Assembly (NCBI GenBank): GCA_050187355.1
Contig: JBFWXO010000005.1
Coordinates: forward strand, 146,502-210,501
Length of the DNA: 64,000 nucleotides
Direction of reading: 5' to 3'
Source of the DNA: Vicinamibacterales bacterium
GTDB taxonomy: Bacteria; Acidobacteriota; Vicinamibacteria; Vicinamibacterales; UBA2999
Below are positions 9,952 to 18,585 of the stretch, piece by piece. The stretch's first letter is position 1, and each line of letters opens with the position of its first letter. The translations under genes were made by a program, and so were the position numbers. The notes below the pieces were generated by a model that saw only the letters and a program-made list of their open reading frames with translations, was not told the DNA's origin and made no database searches.

Positions 9952-11382
9952 ATGTCGTTCGAACGGCTCCCCTGCGAGGTCCTCGTGATTGGCGGCGGCC
10001 CGGCCGCCGGCACGGCCGCACGGCTGCTCGCGCGGTGGGGGCGCGCTGTGACCGTCGTCGCCCGGCCGGCGGGCACGGACCCGGCGCTCCCGGAGTCCCT
10101 GACGCCGAGTTGCGGCAAGTTCTTCGATCTGCTGGAGATCCGCGAGGACATCGACCGCCTCGGGTTCGTGCGGAGCACCGGGCACACGGTGTGGTGGGGC
10201 TCGGCCGAGACCCGGTCCGAGGCGTTTGCGGAGGGGGCCGAGGGCTGGCAGGTCTCGTCCGCTCGTCTGTCCGAGGCCATGCTGGACCTGGCGGCCCGGG
10301 CGGGCGCCCGGGTGGAGCGCGCGGCCGTGACCGCCGAGGAGGCCCTGGCCTGGCCCGCCCGGTACCGCCTGGACTGCACCGGCCGGGCCGGAGCGCTGGC
10401 CAGGGCCGTGGCGGTCCGACGCTACGAACCGGGGCATCGCACCGTCGCCCTCATCGGAACCTGGACCGGCCCCCCGTGGCCCGTGCCCGATCCCAGCCAC
10501 ACGCTGCTCGAGTCCTACGTCGACGGCTGGGCGTGGTCGATCCCCCTGGAGTCGGGGCAGCGGGCCGTCGCCGTGATGGTGGACCCACGGGTGACGGCGC
10601 TGGCGCGCGGCGATGGGGCGAAGGCCACCTACCTGGCCGAAGTGGACAAGACGCGGCACCTGCGCGCGCTGACCGCCGGCGCGACGCTCGCGGGCGGGCC
10701 CTGGGGGTGGGACGCCTCCATGTACTCGACGCCGGCGGTGACCGGAGACGGGTGGCTGCTCGTCGGGGATGCCGCGTCGTTCGTGGATCCGCTGTCGTCG
10801 GCGGGCGTCAGGAAGGCCATGGCGTCGGCCTGGCTGGCGGCCGTCACCGTGAACACGGCGCTCGAAACGCCGGCCCTGGCGGCCGCCGCGTGCGACCTCT
10901 TCGCCGCGCGCGAGGCCGAGACGTACCGGCAGTTCCTGGCGCTGACGCGCCGGTTCCTGGCGGAGGCCGGCGGACCGCCCGAGGGCGTCCATCCGTTCTG
11001 GAGCGAGCGGAGCGAGGGGCCCGGCACGGCCGAGGCGGCGGGGGCGGCGGACCGCGCCCGGGTGGAGCGGGCCTACGAGCGCATCCGCCAGGCCCCGGAT
11101 CCCCGGCTCCGGCCCCATCCCCAGGTCCGCGTGGAGGCCCGGCCGACCCTGGGCGAGCGGCGCATCACGCTGGAGCCGCACCTCGTCACCGCTCAGGATC
11201 CCGAGGGGGTCCGGTTTGTCCTGGACATCGACGTCGTCGGCCTGGTGCGCGCCGCCGGAGCGGGCCGGAACGTGCCTGAACTGCACGCGGCGTACGTCGC
11301 GGAAAACGGTCCGACCGCGTGGCCGTCGTTCCTGACCGCGCTGGCGACGGCCGTCGCCCGGAACTGGCTCATCCTGCCATGA
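9952..11382 (+). CDS. qhpG: FAD-dependent monooxygenase with a halogenase-like fold, probably QhpG (hydroxylase of the CTQ-precursor tryptophan)
   Basis: GxGxxG motif (VIGGGPAAG). WxWxIP motif (GWAWSIPL, nt 10528-10545). GDAASFVDPLSSAGV block. The gene lies immediately upstream of qhpA with a 25-bp gap. The start was moved to the ATG at 9952. Confidence 0.7.
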   Translation: MSFERLPCEVLVIGGGPAAGTAARLLARWGRAVTVVARPAGTDPALPESLTPSCGKFFDLLEIREDIDRLGFVRSTGHTVWWGSAETRSEAFAEGAEGWQVSSARLSEAMLDLAARAGARVERAAVTAEEALAWPARYRLDCTGRAGALARAVAVRRYEPGHRTVALIGTWTGPPWPVPDPSHTLLESYVDGWAWSIPLESGQRAVAVMVDPRVTALARGDGAKATYLAEVDKTRHLRALTAGATLAGGPWGWDASMYSTPAVTGDGWLLVGDAASFVDPLSSAGVRKAMASAWLAAVTVNTALETPALAAAACDLFAAREAETYRQFLALTRRFLAEAGGPPEGVHPFWSERSEGPGTAEAAGAADRARVERAYERIRQAPDPRLRPHPQVRVEARPTLGERRITLEPHLVTAQDPEGVRFVLDIDVVGLVRAAGAGRNVPELHAAYVAENGPTAWPSFLTALATAVARNWLILP

Positions 11383-11407
11383 GTTTTCGTGCTACAACTG
11401 ACCGCTC

Positions 11408-13135
11408 ATGGCCATGTCGAATACCCGAATCCCGGCCCTGGCCCTCGCGGGGGCCTGGGTAATCGCGCTCGCTCTCCCGGCCGCTCCGTCGGCGCAAGCC
11501 CCCGCGCAGCCTCAAGCGGCCATGGCCGCTCCGGAGACGGGCATCCCGGTCACCGACGACACGGTCCGCAAGGCCTGCGGCGGCTGCCATCGGCCCGACG
11601 ACAAGCAGCAGATGTCGCGCATCTCCTTCCGCCGGACGACGCCGGAAGGGTGGGAGCGCACCATCACGCGGATGATGGCCCTCAACGGCCTGAAGATCGA
11701 CGCGCAGACCGCGCGCGCCGTCGTCAAGTCGCTCTCGAACAGCCACGGCCTCGCGCCTGAAGAAGCGCGGCCGACGATGTACGAGGTGGAGAAGCGCATC
11801 GACGACGAACAGAACAAGCCCAAGGACCTGGCCGGCACGTGCGATGCGTGCCACAGCCTGGGCCGCATCCTCTACCAGCGCCGCACGGCGCCCGACTGGA
11901 AGCTGCTCGTCGCCATGCACCGCGGCTTCTATCCGATCATCGACCGCCAGACGTTCCGGCGCTCGGGTCCGCTGTCGCACGAGCGCGACGCCGAGGGCCG
12001 GATGCCCGACGAGCGTCATCCGTCCGAGCGCGCGGCCGACTACCTCGGCAAGGCGCAGGGCCTCGAGTCGAAGGAGTGGGCGGCGTGGACGGCCGCGATG
12101 CGGCCCGCGCGCATCGCCGGCGCCTGGGCGATCTCCGGGTGGGAGCCCGGCAAGGGCCCCGTGTACGGCACGGTCACGATCACCCCGGCCGGCGGCGCCA
12201 CCGACGAGTTCACCACCCAGATCGCCTACGTCTACGCCCGTACCGGGCAGCAGGTGTCGCGCGAGGGCCGCGTGACGATCTACACCGGGTTCCAGTGGCG
12301 GGGCCGGTCCACCGTAGGCGGTGCGGCCGACTCCGCGCTCCGCGAGGTGATGTTCGTCGAGCCCGACTGGTCGAAGATCGAGGGCCGCTGGTTCGGCGGC
12401 GGCTACGACGAACTGGGCCTCGACGTGTCGCTGACGCGCATCGGCCGGGACTTCACCGTGGTCGGCCTCGATCACAAAGCCCTGAAGGCCGGCGGCAGCG
12501 GCCAGACGATCAAGATCTACACGGCCAATCCGCCGGCGTCGGTCACGGCGCGCGACCTCGACTTCGGCGCGGGCATCACGACCACCGCGGCCAGCCTGGC
12601 GGGCAACGTCATCTCGGCCACCGTGGATGTCGCCTCCGGCGCGGCCGAGGGCCCGCGGACGCTCGTGGCCGGCACCACGACGGTGCCGGACGCCGTGGCC
12701 GTCTACACCGCCGTGGACTCCATCCGCGTGTCGCCGTCGTGGAACATGGCGCGCACGGGCGGCGTGGTGTTCCCGAAGCGCCTGGCGGTCTTCGACGCCT
12801 GGGCCTACGCCAACGGCGCCGACAAGAAGCCGGGCACGGACGACGACGTGCGGCTCGACGCCGTGGCGGCGCAGTGGAGCATCGAGGAGTACAAGGCCAC
12901 GCTGAACGACGAGGACATCAAGTACGTCGGCACCATCGACGCGGCGTCCGGCGTCTTCACGCCGAACGTGGAGGGCCCGAACCCGGAGCGCGTCGGCGAG
13001 CGCAACAACATCGGTGACGTGTGGGTGGTGGCGAGCTTCACGCCCGCCGGCGCCTCGGCGCCGCTCAAGGCGCGGTCGCACCTCCTGGTCGCACCGCCGC
13101 TCTACATCAAGTTCGATCCGACGGTGACGCCGTGA
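11408..13135 (+). CDS. qhpA: Quinohemoprotein amine dehydrogenase alpha subunit (di-haem cytochrome c)
   Basis: Signal peptide is present. There are two CxxCH haem-c motifs: CGGCH at nt 11576-11590 and CDACH at nt 11840-11854. The 575-aa size and the context with qhpD/C/B support the call. Confidence 0.85.
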   Translation: MAMSNTRIPALALAGAWVIALALPAAPSAQAPAQPQAAMAAPETGIPVTDDTVRKACGGCHRPDDKQQMSRISFRRTTPEGWERTITRMMALNGLKIDAQTARAVVKSLSNSHGLAPEEARPTMYEVEKRIDDEQNKPKDLAGTCDACHSLGRILYQRRTAPDWKLLVAMHRGFYPIIDRQTFRRSGPLSHERDAEGRMPDERHPSERAADYLGKAQGLESKEWAAWTAAMRPARIAGAWAISGWEPGKGPVYGTVTITPAGGATDEFTTQIAYVYARTGQQVSREGRVTIYTGFQWRGRSTVGGAADSALREVMFVEPDWSKIEGRWFGGGYDELGLDVSLTRIGRDFTVVGLDHKALKAGGSGQTIKIYTANPPASVTARDLDFGAGITTTAASLAGNVISATVDVASGAAEGPRTLVAGTTTVPDAVAVYTAVDSIRVSPSWNMARTGGVVFPKRLAVFDAWAYANGADKKPGTDDDVRLDAVAAQWSIEEYKATLNDEDIKYVGTIDAASGVFTPNVEGPNPERVGERNNIGDVWVVASFTPAGASAPLKARSHLLVAPPLYIKFDPTVTP

Positions 13136-14622
13136 CGCCCGCCAGCCCCGCGGCGGAAAGCGTGGCCACGGCCCGCCGCCTGGTGGTGGCCGAGTTCCAC
13201 CCGTTCGAGTCGGGCGGCCAGCGCTTCGCCTACCTCGTGCCGAGCGCGGCGGTCTTCGCGTTCGACGACTGCTCGGCCGCCGTCGTGGAGCTGCTGGGCG
13301 GGGGACCGCGGACGCCCGACGAGGTGATCGCGGCCCTGGCGGACCGGCACGGCGCCGCGCAGGTGCGCGAGGCGCTCGTGGAACTGCACCGCGTCCGGGC
13401 GATCGAGGAGCACGCCGCGAAGGCCCCGGCGCCCAAGATCATCCCGCTGGCGCCGATGCCCATCCAGACGCTGGTCGTGAACGTCACGAACCAGTGCAAC
13501 CTGAGCTGCGAGTACTGCTACGAGTACGGCGAAGACAAGATCGTCGATACCGAGAACGGCACCCAGCCGAAGTTCATGAGCGCCGAGACGGCCCGCGCGG
13601 CCGTGGATCTCGCGCTGAAAGAAGCCGCGCCGGGCAAGACGGCCCACATCACGTTCTTCGGCGGCGAGACCCTGATGAACTTCAAGGTGCTCAAGGCCAC
13701 TGTCGGGTACGCCCGCGAGACCGCCGCCGCGCAGGGCAAGCAGGTGGACTTCAGCCTCACCACCAACGCGACGCTGCTGCAGCCGGACGTGATCGACTTC
13801 CTGGCCGACGAGCGGATCGGGGTCACGATCTCCATCGACGGCCCGCAGGACATCCAGGACAAGTTCCGGGTGTTCAGCAACGGCCAGGGCAGCTACGACA
13901 TGGCGGCGCCCAAGATCAAGGCGCTGCTCAAGCGGCACACCAAGCGCCCGATCGGCGCGCGCGTCACGCTCACGCGGCAGACGCTCGACGTCAAGCGCAT
14001 CTACGCTCACCTGTTCGAGGACATGGGCTTCTGGGAAGTGGGCTTCGCGCCGGTCACGACGGCGCCGCAGCGCGGCCACGCGATCAGCGACGGCGGGTAC
14101 GACCACCTGCTGGCGCAGTTCCGGGCGCTGGCCGCCGACTGGCTCCAGGCCACGCTGCAGGGCCGGCACCACGGCTTCTCGAACGTCCGCGAGACGCTGC
14201 AGGAGATCCACTACGGCCACGCGAAGGCCTACCCGTGCGGCGCCGGCATCGGCCTGCTCGGCGTGGCCACCGACGGCGAGGTCTCGCTGTGCCACCGCTT
14301 CGCCGGCTCGGACGGCCACCGCTTCGGGTCGGTCACCGAGGGCATCGACCGCACGAAGCAGACGCAGTTCCTCGAAGACCACCACATCGCCCACAAGACC
14401 GACTGCAGCCAGTGCTGGGCGCGTCCGATCTGCGGCGGCGGCTGCTACCACGAGGCGCACACGCGCTACGGCGACACGACGCGCCCGAACCTGCACTACT
14501 GCGAGTGGATCCGCGGCTGGACCCACACGTGCCTGGAGATCTACGGCGAGCTCGCCGTGAAGAACCCCGCGTTCCTGAAGCAATTCGACGGAGACGACGA
14601 TGAAGCACCTCAGCGCCATTAA
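13132..14622 (+). CDS. qhpD: Radical SAM/SPASM peptide maturase QhpD (forms the thioether crosslinks in QhpC)
   Basis: CxxxCxxC motif (CNLSCEYC, nt 13495-13518). C-terminal SPASM-like Cys cluster (CSQCWARPICGGGCYHEA). The GTG start at 13132 overlaps the qhpA stop (GTGA). Confidence 0.85.
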   Translation: MTPASPAAESVATARRLVVAEFHPFESGGQRFAYLVPSAAVFAFDDCSAAVVELLGGGPRTPDEVIAALADRHGAAQVREALVELHRVRAIEEHAAKAPAPKIIPLAPMPIQTLVVNVTNQCNLSCEYCYEYGEDKIVDTENGTQPKFMSAETARAAVDLALKEAAPGKTAHITFFGGETLMNFKVLKATVGYARETAAAQGKQVDFSLTTNATLLQPDVIDFLADERIGVTISIDGPQDIQDKFRVFSNGQGSYDMAAPKIKALLKRHTKRPIGARVTLTRQTLDVKRIYAHLFEDMGFWEVGFAPVTTAPQRGHAISDGGYDHLLAQFRALAADWLQATLQGRHHGFSNVRETLQEIHYGHAKAYPCGAGIGLLGVATDGEVSLCHRFAGSDGHRFGSVTEGIDRTKQTQFLEDHHIAHKTDCSQCWARPICGGGCYHEAHTRYGDTTRPNLHYCEWIRGWTHTCLEIYGELAVKNPAFLKQFDGDDDEAPQRH

Positions 14623-14941
14623 CAGGAAGGCCGCGCGGATCGTGGGCGTGACCGAGCCCGACGTCGTGGCCCTGCAGCAGCAGGGGCCGCCGCAGCAGCC
14701 CGAGGGGCCGCACATTCCGGCCGGCTGCTCGACGGTGTTCTCGCCGGGCTGGGAGGCCGACCGCGCGGGCGGCACCGCCGGGCTGTGCTCGCCGGTGGAG
14801 CGCGACCTCTTCGACTGCCACATGGGCTGCTTCTGGCCGGCCCACGTGCCCGACCAGCTCAATCACGCGCCCGACTGGACGGCCAAGTGCGCCGTGGCCC
14901 AGAAGGACTGGCGCAAGATCGACCTCGTGTTCCCGGGATGA
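14600..14941 (+). CDS. qhpC: Quinohemoprotein amine dehydrogenase gamma subunit precursor (CTQ-bearing, crosslinked peptide)
   Basis: 113 aa. The core is ...GCSTVFSPGWEADRAGGTAGLCSPVERDLFDCHMGCFWPAHVPD.... Its spacing matches Cys7-Glu16, Cys27-Asp33, Cys41-Asp49 and Cys37/Trp43 of characterised gamma subunits. A GGAG lies 9 nt upstream of the ATG. The gene overlaps the qhpD 3' end. Confidence 0.85.
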   Translation: MKHLSAINRKAARIVGVTEPDVVALQQQGPPQQPEGPHIPAGCSTVFSPGWEADRAGGTAGLCSPVERDLFDCHMGCFWPAHVPDQLNHAPDWTAKCAVAQKDWRKIDLVFPG

Positions 14942-16098
14942 GGCACGCCATGCGCCGTCACCTGATCCTCGCGGCCCTCGCGGCCGCCGCCGCCGTGGCC
15001 CTCGCGCCGCCGGTGTCCGCCCAGCGTCGGGGCGCGAAAGCGCCGACGGCGACGGGCGGCGACGGCACGCTCTACATCGGCACCTACAAGGGCGAGATCG
15101 AGATCTACGACGAGGCCGCCGAGAAGCTCGAGGGCACGATCAAGCTGAAGACCGGCATTCCGCGGTCGCTCACGCCATCGCCCGACCGGACGCGCTTCTA
15201 CGCCCTGAACTCCTGGTTCGAGGAGATCGAGGTCATCGACATCGCCACGCGCACCACGCTGGACAGCTTCAAGCTGTCGCAGGGCAACAAGCGCGTGCGC
15301 GTGAACAGCCTCGTCCCGAGCCCCGACAACAAGTCGCTGATCCTGCTCTACAAGACCGCGACGAAGCTCATCGACCGCTGGGAGATCGGGCCGCCGACGG
15401 TGCAGCAGTTCGACCTGGCGACCAAGCAGTTCACCCACGTCGTGCCGTGGCCCAAGGGCGAGCCGCGCGAGCGGCTCGACATGCGCTTCGGGCCCGACGG
15501 CAAGCACCTGTACCTCTTCGGCGACGACGTGACGGTGCTCGAGACCACCAACTTCACGCAGGTGGGCTCGTGGCCGTACGCGCAGCCCGAGGAGGACGGC
15601 CTGGGCCGGATCAGCCTCGGACCGTCGTTCGACTTCTTCGACCCGCCGGGCACGTTCACCGGCCTCTTCACGATGCAGGACGCCATCGAGCACCGCCGGC
15701 TGATGGGCATCGGCCGGGTGGATCTCGACGCCCGCAAGGTGACGTTCGATCCGCTGGGTCCGGCCTCGCCCGTGGGATCGTTCGCGAAGTCGCCGGACGG
15801 CAAGCGGGCCTACGGCCTCATCCAGGACATCGGCAACTACCAGATGTGGACGTTCGACCTCGAACACAACCAGGTCATCAAGCGCACCGAGTTCGAGGGG
15901 CGGCCGCGCATGGGCCTGCGCGTGAGCTCGAACGGCAAGTTCATCTACGTGTACGTGGCCGGCGCCACCGTGGACCTCTGGGACGCCGCGACGCACACCT
16001 ACGTGCGCACGCTGCACCTCGGCGGCGACCAGACGACCGAGCTCTTCGTGGTGCCGTCGAAGACGGGCGCCCCGAAGCCGACCGCGGAGGGCCGCTGA
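14938..16098 (+). CDS. qhpB: Quinohemoprotein amine dehydrogenase beta subunit (beta-propeller)
   Basis: The ATG at 14938 overlaps the qhpC stop (ATGA). Signal peptide MRHAMRRHLILAALAAAAAVALAPPVSA. The repeated beta-strand-rich sequence is consistent with a 7-bladed propeller. Operon position also supports the call. Confidence 0.75.
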   Translation: MRHAMRRHLILAALAAAAAVALAPPVSAQRRGAKAPTATGGDGTLYIGTYKGEIEIYDEAAEKLEGTIKLKTGIPRSLTPSPDRTRFYALNSWFEEIEVIDIATRTTLDSFKLSQGNKRVRVNSLVPSPDNKSLILLYKTATKLIDRWEIGPPTVQQFDLATKQFTHVVPWPKGEPRERLDMRFGPDGKHLYLFGDDVTVLETTNFTQVGSWPYAQPEEDGLGRISLGPSFDFFDPPGTFTGLFTMQDAIEHRRLMGIGRVDLDARKVTFDPLGPASPVGSFAKSPDGKRAYGLIQDIGNYQMWTFDLEHNQVIKRTEFEGRPRMGLRVSSNGKFIYVYVAGATVDLWDAATHTYVRTLHLGGDQTTELFVVPSKTGAPKPTAEGR

Positions 16099-16117
16099 CC
16101 CGCCGCCCCGCGGCGCC

Positions 16118-17884
16118 TTGCGCCGCCGGAGCCCGACCGTGACGTCCCGAGCGCCCGACGCCGATCTGCGTCGGGCGTTCGCGTTCCTGCGCCCGTACTG
16201 GCGCCGCCTCGTGCTGGTCATGGTCATCAGCCTGGTCAGCACGGCGATGTCGCTGGCCACGCCGTACCTCACGAAGGACCTCGTCGACCGCGCGCTCGTC
16301 GGCCGCAACCTGGCCGCGCTGTGGCGCATCGTCGGCATCTTCGCGGCGCTCGGCCTCGGCAGCTACGTCCTGAACGTGGTGAGCGGCCTGCGCTACACGC
16401 GCGTGTCGGCCGAGGTGCTCTTCGACATGCGCCTGGCGGTCTACGCGCACCTGCAGCGGCTGTCGCCGCGGTTCTACGCGCGGACGCGGCTCGGCGACAT
16501 CGTCTCGCGCCTGAACAGCGACATCGGCGAGATTCAGCGCGTGGCCGCCGAGGCCGCGCTGGCCTGGGTGGGCAACGTGCTGTTCCTGGCCGGCTGCCTG
16601 ATCATGCTCCTGTGGCTCGACTGGCGGATGGCGCTGCTGTCGTTCGCGCTCACGCCGCTCAGCCTGTGGACGCTCGTGCACTACCGCCGCCGCCTCGAGG
16701 GGCGGGTCGCCGACCTGCGCCAGCGCAGCGCCGACATCGGCAGCTTCCTGATCGAGACGCTGCAGGCCACGACGCTCATCGTGACGTCGAACGCCGAGGC
16801 GCGTGAGCGCTCGCGCTTCGCGTCCCTGAACGACCGCTTCGTGGACGCGCTGATGGGCATGCAGCGCCTCAGCTACCTGGCCGGCGGCCTGCCGGGGCTC
16901 ATCGGCTCGCTCGGGGCGTCGGCCGTGTTCCTCTACGGCGGGGCGCGGGTCGTGGGCGGCACCCTCACGCTGGGCACGTTCGCGGCGTTCCTGGCGTACC
17001 AGATGCGGATCATGGCGCCCATCCAGGCGCTGATGGGCCTCTACACGTCGCTTGCGACCGCCAAGGTGTCGTGGCGGCGGGTGCTGCAGCTCCTCGACGC
17101 GCCCGTCGAGGTGCAGGAAGCCGCGGACCCGCAGCCGATCGAGCGCGTGCGCGGAGCCCTCGTCTTCGAGCACGTGTCCCTGACGACCGAGCGGGGACTG
17201 GCCGTGCTCGACGACTTCTCGCTCGAGGTGGCGCCGGGCACGTCGGTGGCGATCGTCGGCGCCAGCGGCAGCGGCAAGTCGACGCTCGCCTACCTGCTGC
17301 TCCGCCTCCTCGATCCCGACACCGGGCGGATCCTGCTGGACGGCCGGGACCTGAGGACGCTCGGCCTGGCCGATCTCCGGCGGCACGTGGTGCTCGTGGA
17401 GCAGGAGCCGACGCTCTTGAACGCGTCCATCGCCGAGAACATCCGCTACGCCAGGCCGGACGCCACCGACGCGGAGGTGGCGCGCGCGGGCGAGGCCGCC
17501 GGCCTGACGTCGTTCCTGGCGCGCACCGCGCAGGGCTACGCCACCGTGGTCGGGGAGCGCGGCCAGCAGGTGTCGGCGGGCGAACGGCAGCGCATCGCGC
17601 TGGCGCGCGCGTTCCTCGTGGGGCCGTCGCTGCTCGTCCTCGACGAGCCGACCGCGGCGCTCGATCCGGTGGCCGAACGCCAGATCGTGGACGGCTACCG
17701 CGCGGTGATGCGCGGCCGGACGACCGTGATCATCTCGCACCGCGTGGCCGTGGCCGAGACGGCCGACCAGATCGTGGTGCTCGACGGCGCGCGCGTGGCG
17801 GAGGCCGGGACGCCGCGGGCCCTGGCGGCCTCGGGCGGGGCGTACGCCCGGCTCTTCGCCACCGCGGGCCGCGTCACGGCATGA
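16118..17884 (+). CDS. qhpF: ABC exporter (fused permease and ATPase), QhpF-like
   Basis: N-terminal 6-TM exporter domain. Walker A GASGSGKST, signature VSAGERQRIALAR, Walker B LLVLDEPT. The start is uncertain: TTG at 16118 or GTG at 16139. Confidence 0.8.
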   Translation: MRRRSPTVTSRAPDADLRRAFAFLRPYWRRLVLVMVISLVSTAMSLATPYLTKDLVDRALVGRNLAALWRIVGIFAALGLGSYVLNVVSGLRYTRVSAEVLFDMRLAVYAHLQRLSPRFYARTRLGDIVSRLNSDIGEIQRVAAEAALAWVGNVLFLAGCLIMLLWLDWRMALLSFALTPLSLWTLVHYRRRLEGRVADLRQRSADIGSFLIETLQATTLIVTSNAEARERSRFASLNDRFVDALMGMQRLSYLAGGLPGLIGSLGASAVFLYGGARVVGGTLTLGTFAAFLAYQMRIMAPIQALMGLYTSLATAKVSWRRVLQLLDAPVEVQEAADPQPIERVRGALVFEHVSLTTERGLAVLDDFSLEVAPGTSVAIVGASGSGKSTLAYLLLRLLDPDTGRILLDGRDLRTLGLADLRRHVVLVEQEPTLLNASIAENIRYARPDATDAEVARAGEAAGLTSFLARTAQGYATVVGERGQQVSAGERQRIALARAFLVGPSLLVLDEPTAALDPVAERQIVDGYRAVMRGRTTVIISHRVAVAETADQIVVLDGARVAEAGTPRALAASGGAYARLFATAGRVTA

Positions 17885-18585
17885 CCCGGCGGCTGGACGC
17901 CCTGGGAGCCGGCCGGCTCACCCGCGCGATGTATCCGGGAGCGACCGGACGCGGCATCCGCGTGGCCGTGGTGGACAGCGGCGTACATCCGGGGCATCCC
18001 CACGTCGGCGCCGTCGAGGCCGGGATCGCCTTCGACGCCGACGGCGCGCCGGCCGACGACGTCGTGGATCGCCTGGGCCACGGCACCGCGGTCGCGGCGG
18101 CCATCCGGGAGAAGGCGCCCGACGCCGCGATCGTGCCCGTGAAGGTGTTCCACCGCGAGCTGCGGGCGACGGCCGACGTCCTCGTCGCCGCCATCGACTG
18201 GGCCGTCGCGGCGGGCGTGCACCTCATCAACTTGAGCCTGGGCACGACCAACCAGGCCCACCGGCTCCCCTTGGGCGAGGCCGTCGTGCGCGCGGCGCGC
18301 GCGGGCGCCATCGTCGTCGCCGCGGCCGAACAGCCCGGTGCCGTCTGGCTTCCGGGCAGCCTCCCCCTCGCCGTGGGCGTCGTCCTCGACTGGACGCTGC
18401 CGCGCGAGGAGGCGACGGTCGACGTGGCGCTGGAAGGTGCCGTGCGCCGCATCCGCGTGCACGCCAGCGGCTACCCTCGCCCGATTCCCGGCGTGCCCCC
18501 CGAACGCAACCTGAAGGGCGTCAGCTTCGCCGTGGCCAACGCCACGGGCCTGTTGTGCCTGCACCTGTCGCACCGCGCGCGATGA
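17881..18585 (+). CDS. qhpE: Subtilisin-like serine protease, QhpE-like (leader peptidase of QhpC)
   Basis: The ATG at 17881 overlaps the qhpF stop (ATGA). Asp box VAVVDSGV, His box GHGTAVAAAI and Ser-containing GVSFAVANATG are present. It is short (234 aa), like QhpE. Confidence 0.75.
   Translation: MTRRLDALGAGRLTRAMYPGATGRGIRVAVVDSGVHPGHPHVGAVEAGIAFDADGAPADDVVDRLGHGTAVAAAIREKAPDAAIVPVKVFHRELRATADVLVAAIDWAVAAGVHLINLSLGTTNQAHRLPLGEAVVRAARAGAIVVAAAEQPGAVWLPGSLPLAVGVVLDWTLPREEATVDVALEGAVRRIRVHASGYPRPIPGVPPERNLKGVSFAVANATGLLCLHLSHRAR

Noticed and set aside
6675-11279. A 1534-aa + strand ORF. Similar giant ORFs occur at 24-1898 (+), 28-1839 (-), 32629-36792 (-), 43273-46917 (-), 55162-57624 (-) and 26574-29336 (+).
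   Set aside because: Their translations are Arg/Gly/Pro/Ala-rich low-complexity strings with no recognisable motifs. They run antisense to, or out of frame with, genes that have clear family signatures. Stop-codon-poor shadow ORFs like these are expected at this GC content.
13132-18585. Reading the rSAM/SPASM gene, small Cys-rich peptide, ABC exporter and subtilisin as a novel sactipeptide- or ranthipeptide-like RiPP bacteriocin cluster.
   Set aside because: The flanking di-haem cytochrome (two CxxCH motifs) and the beta-propeller subunit identify it as the known QHNDH maturation system. So does the exact Cys/Glu/Asp/Trp spacing of the peptide. Genome-mining tools may nevertheless flag it as a RiPP BGC.
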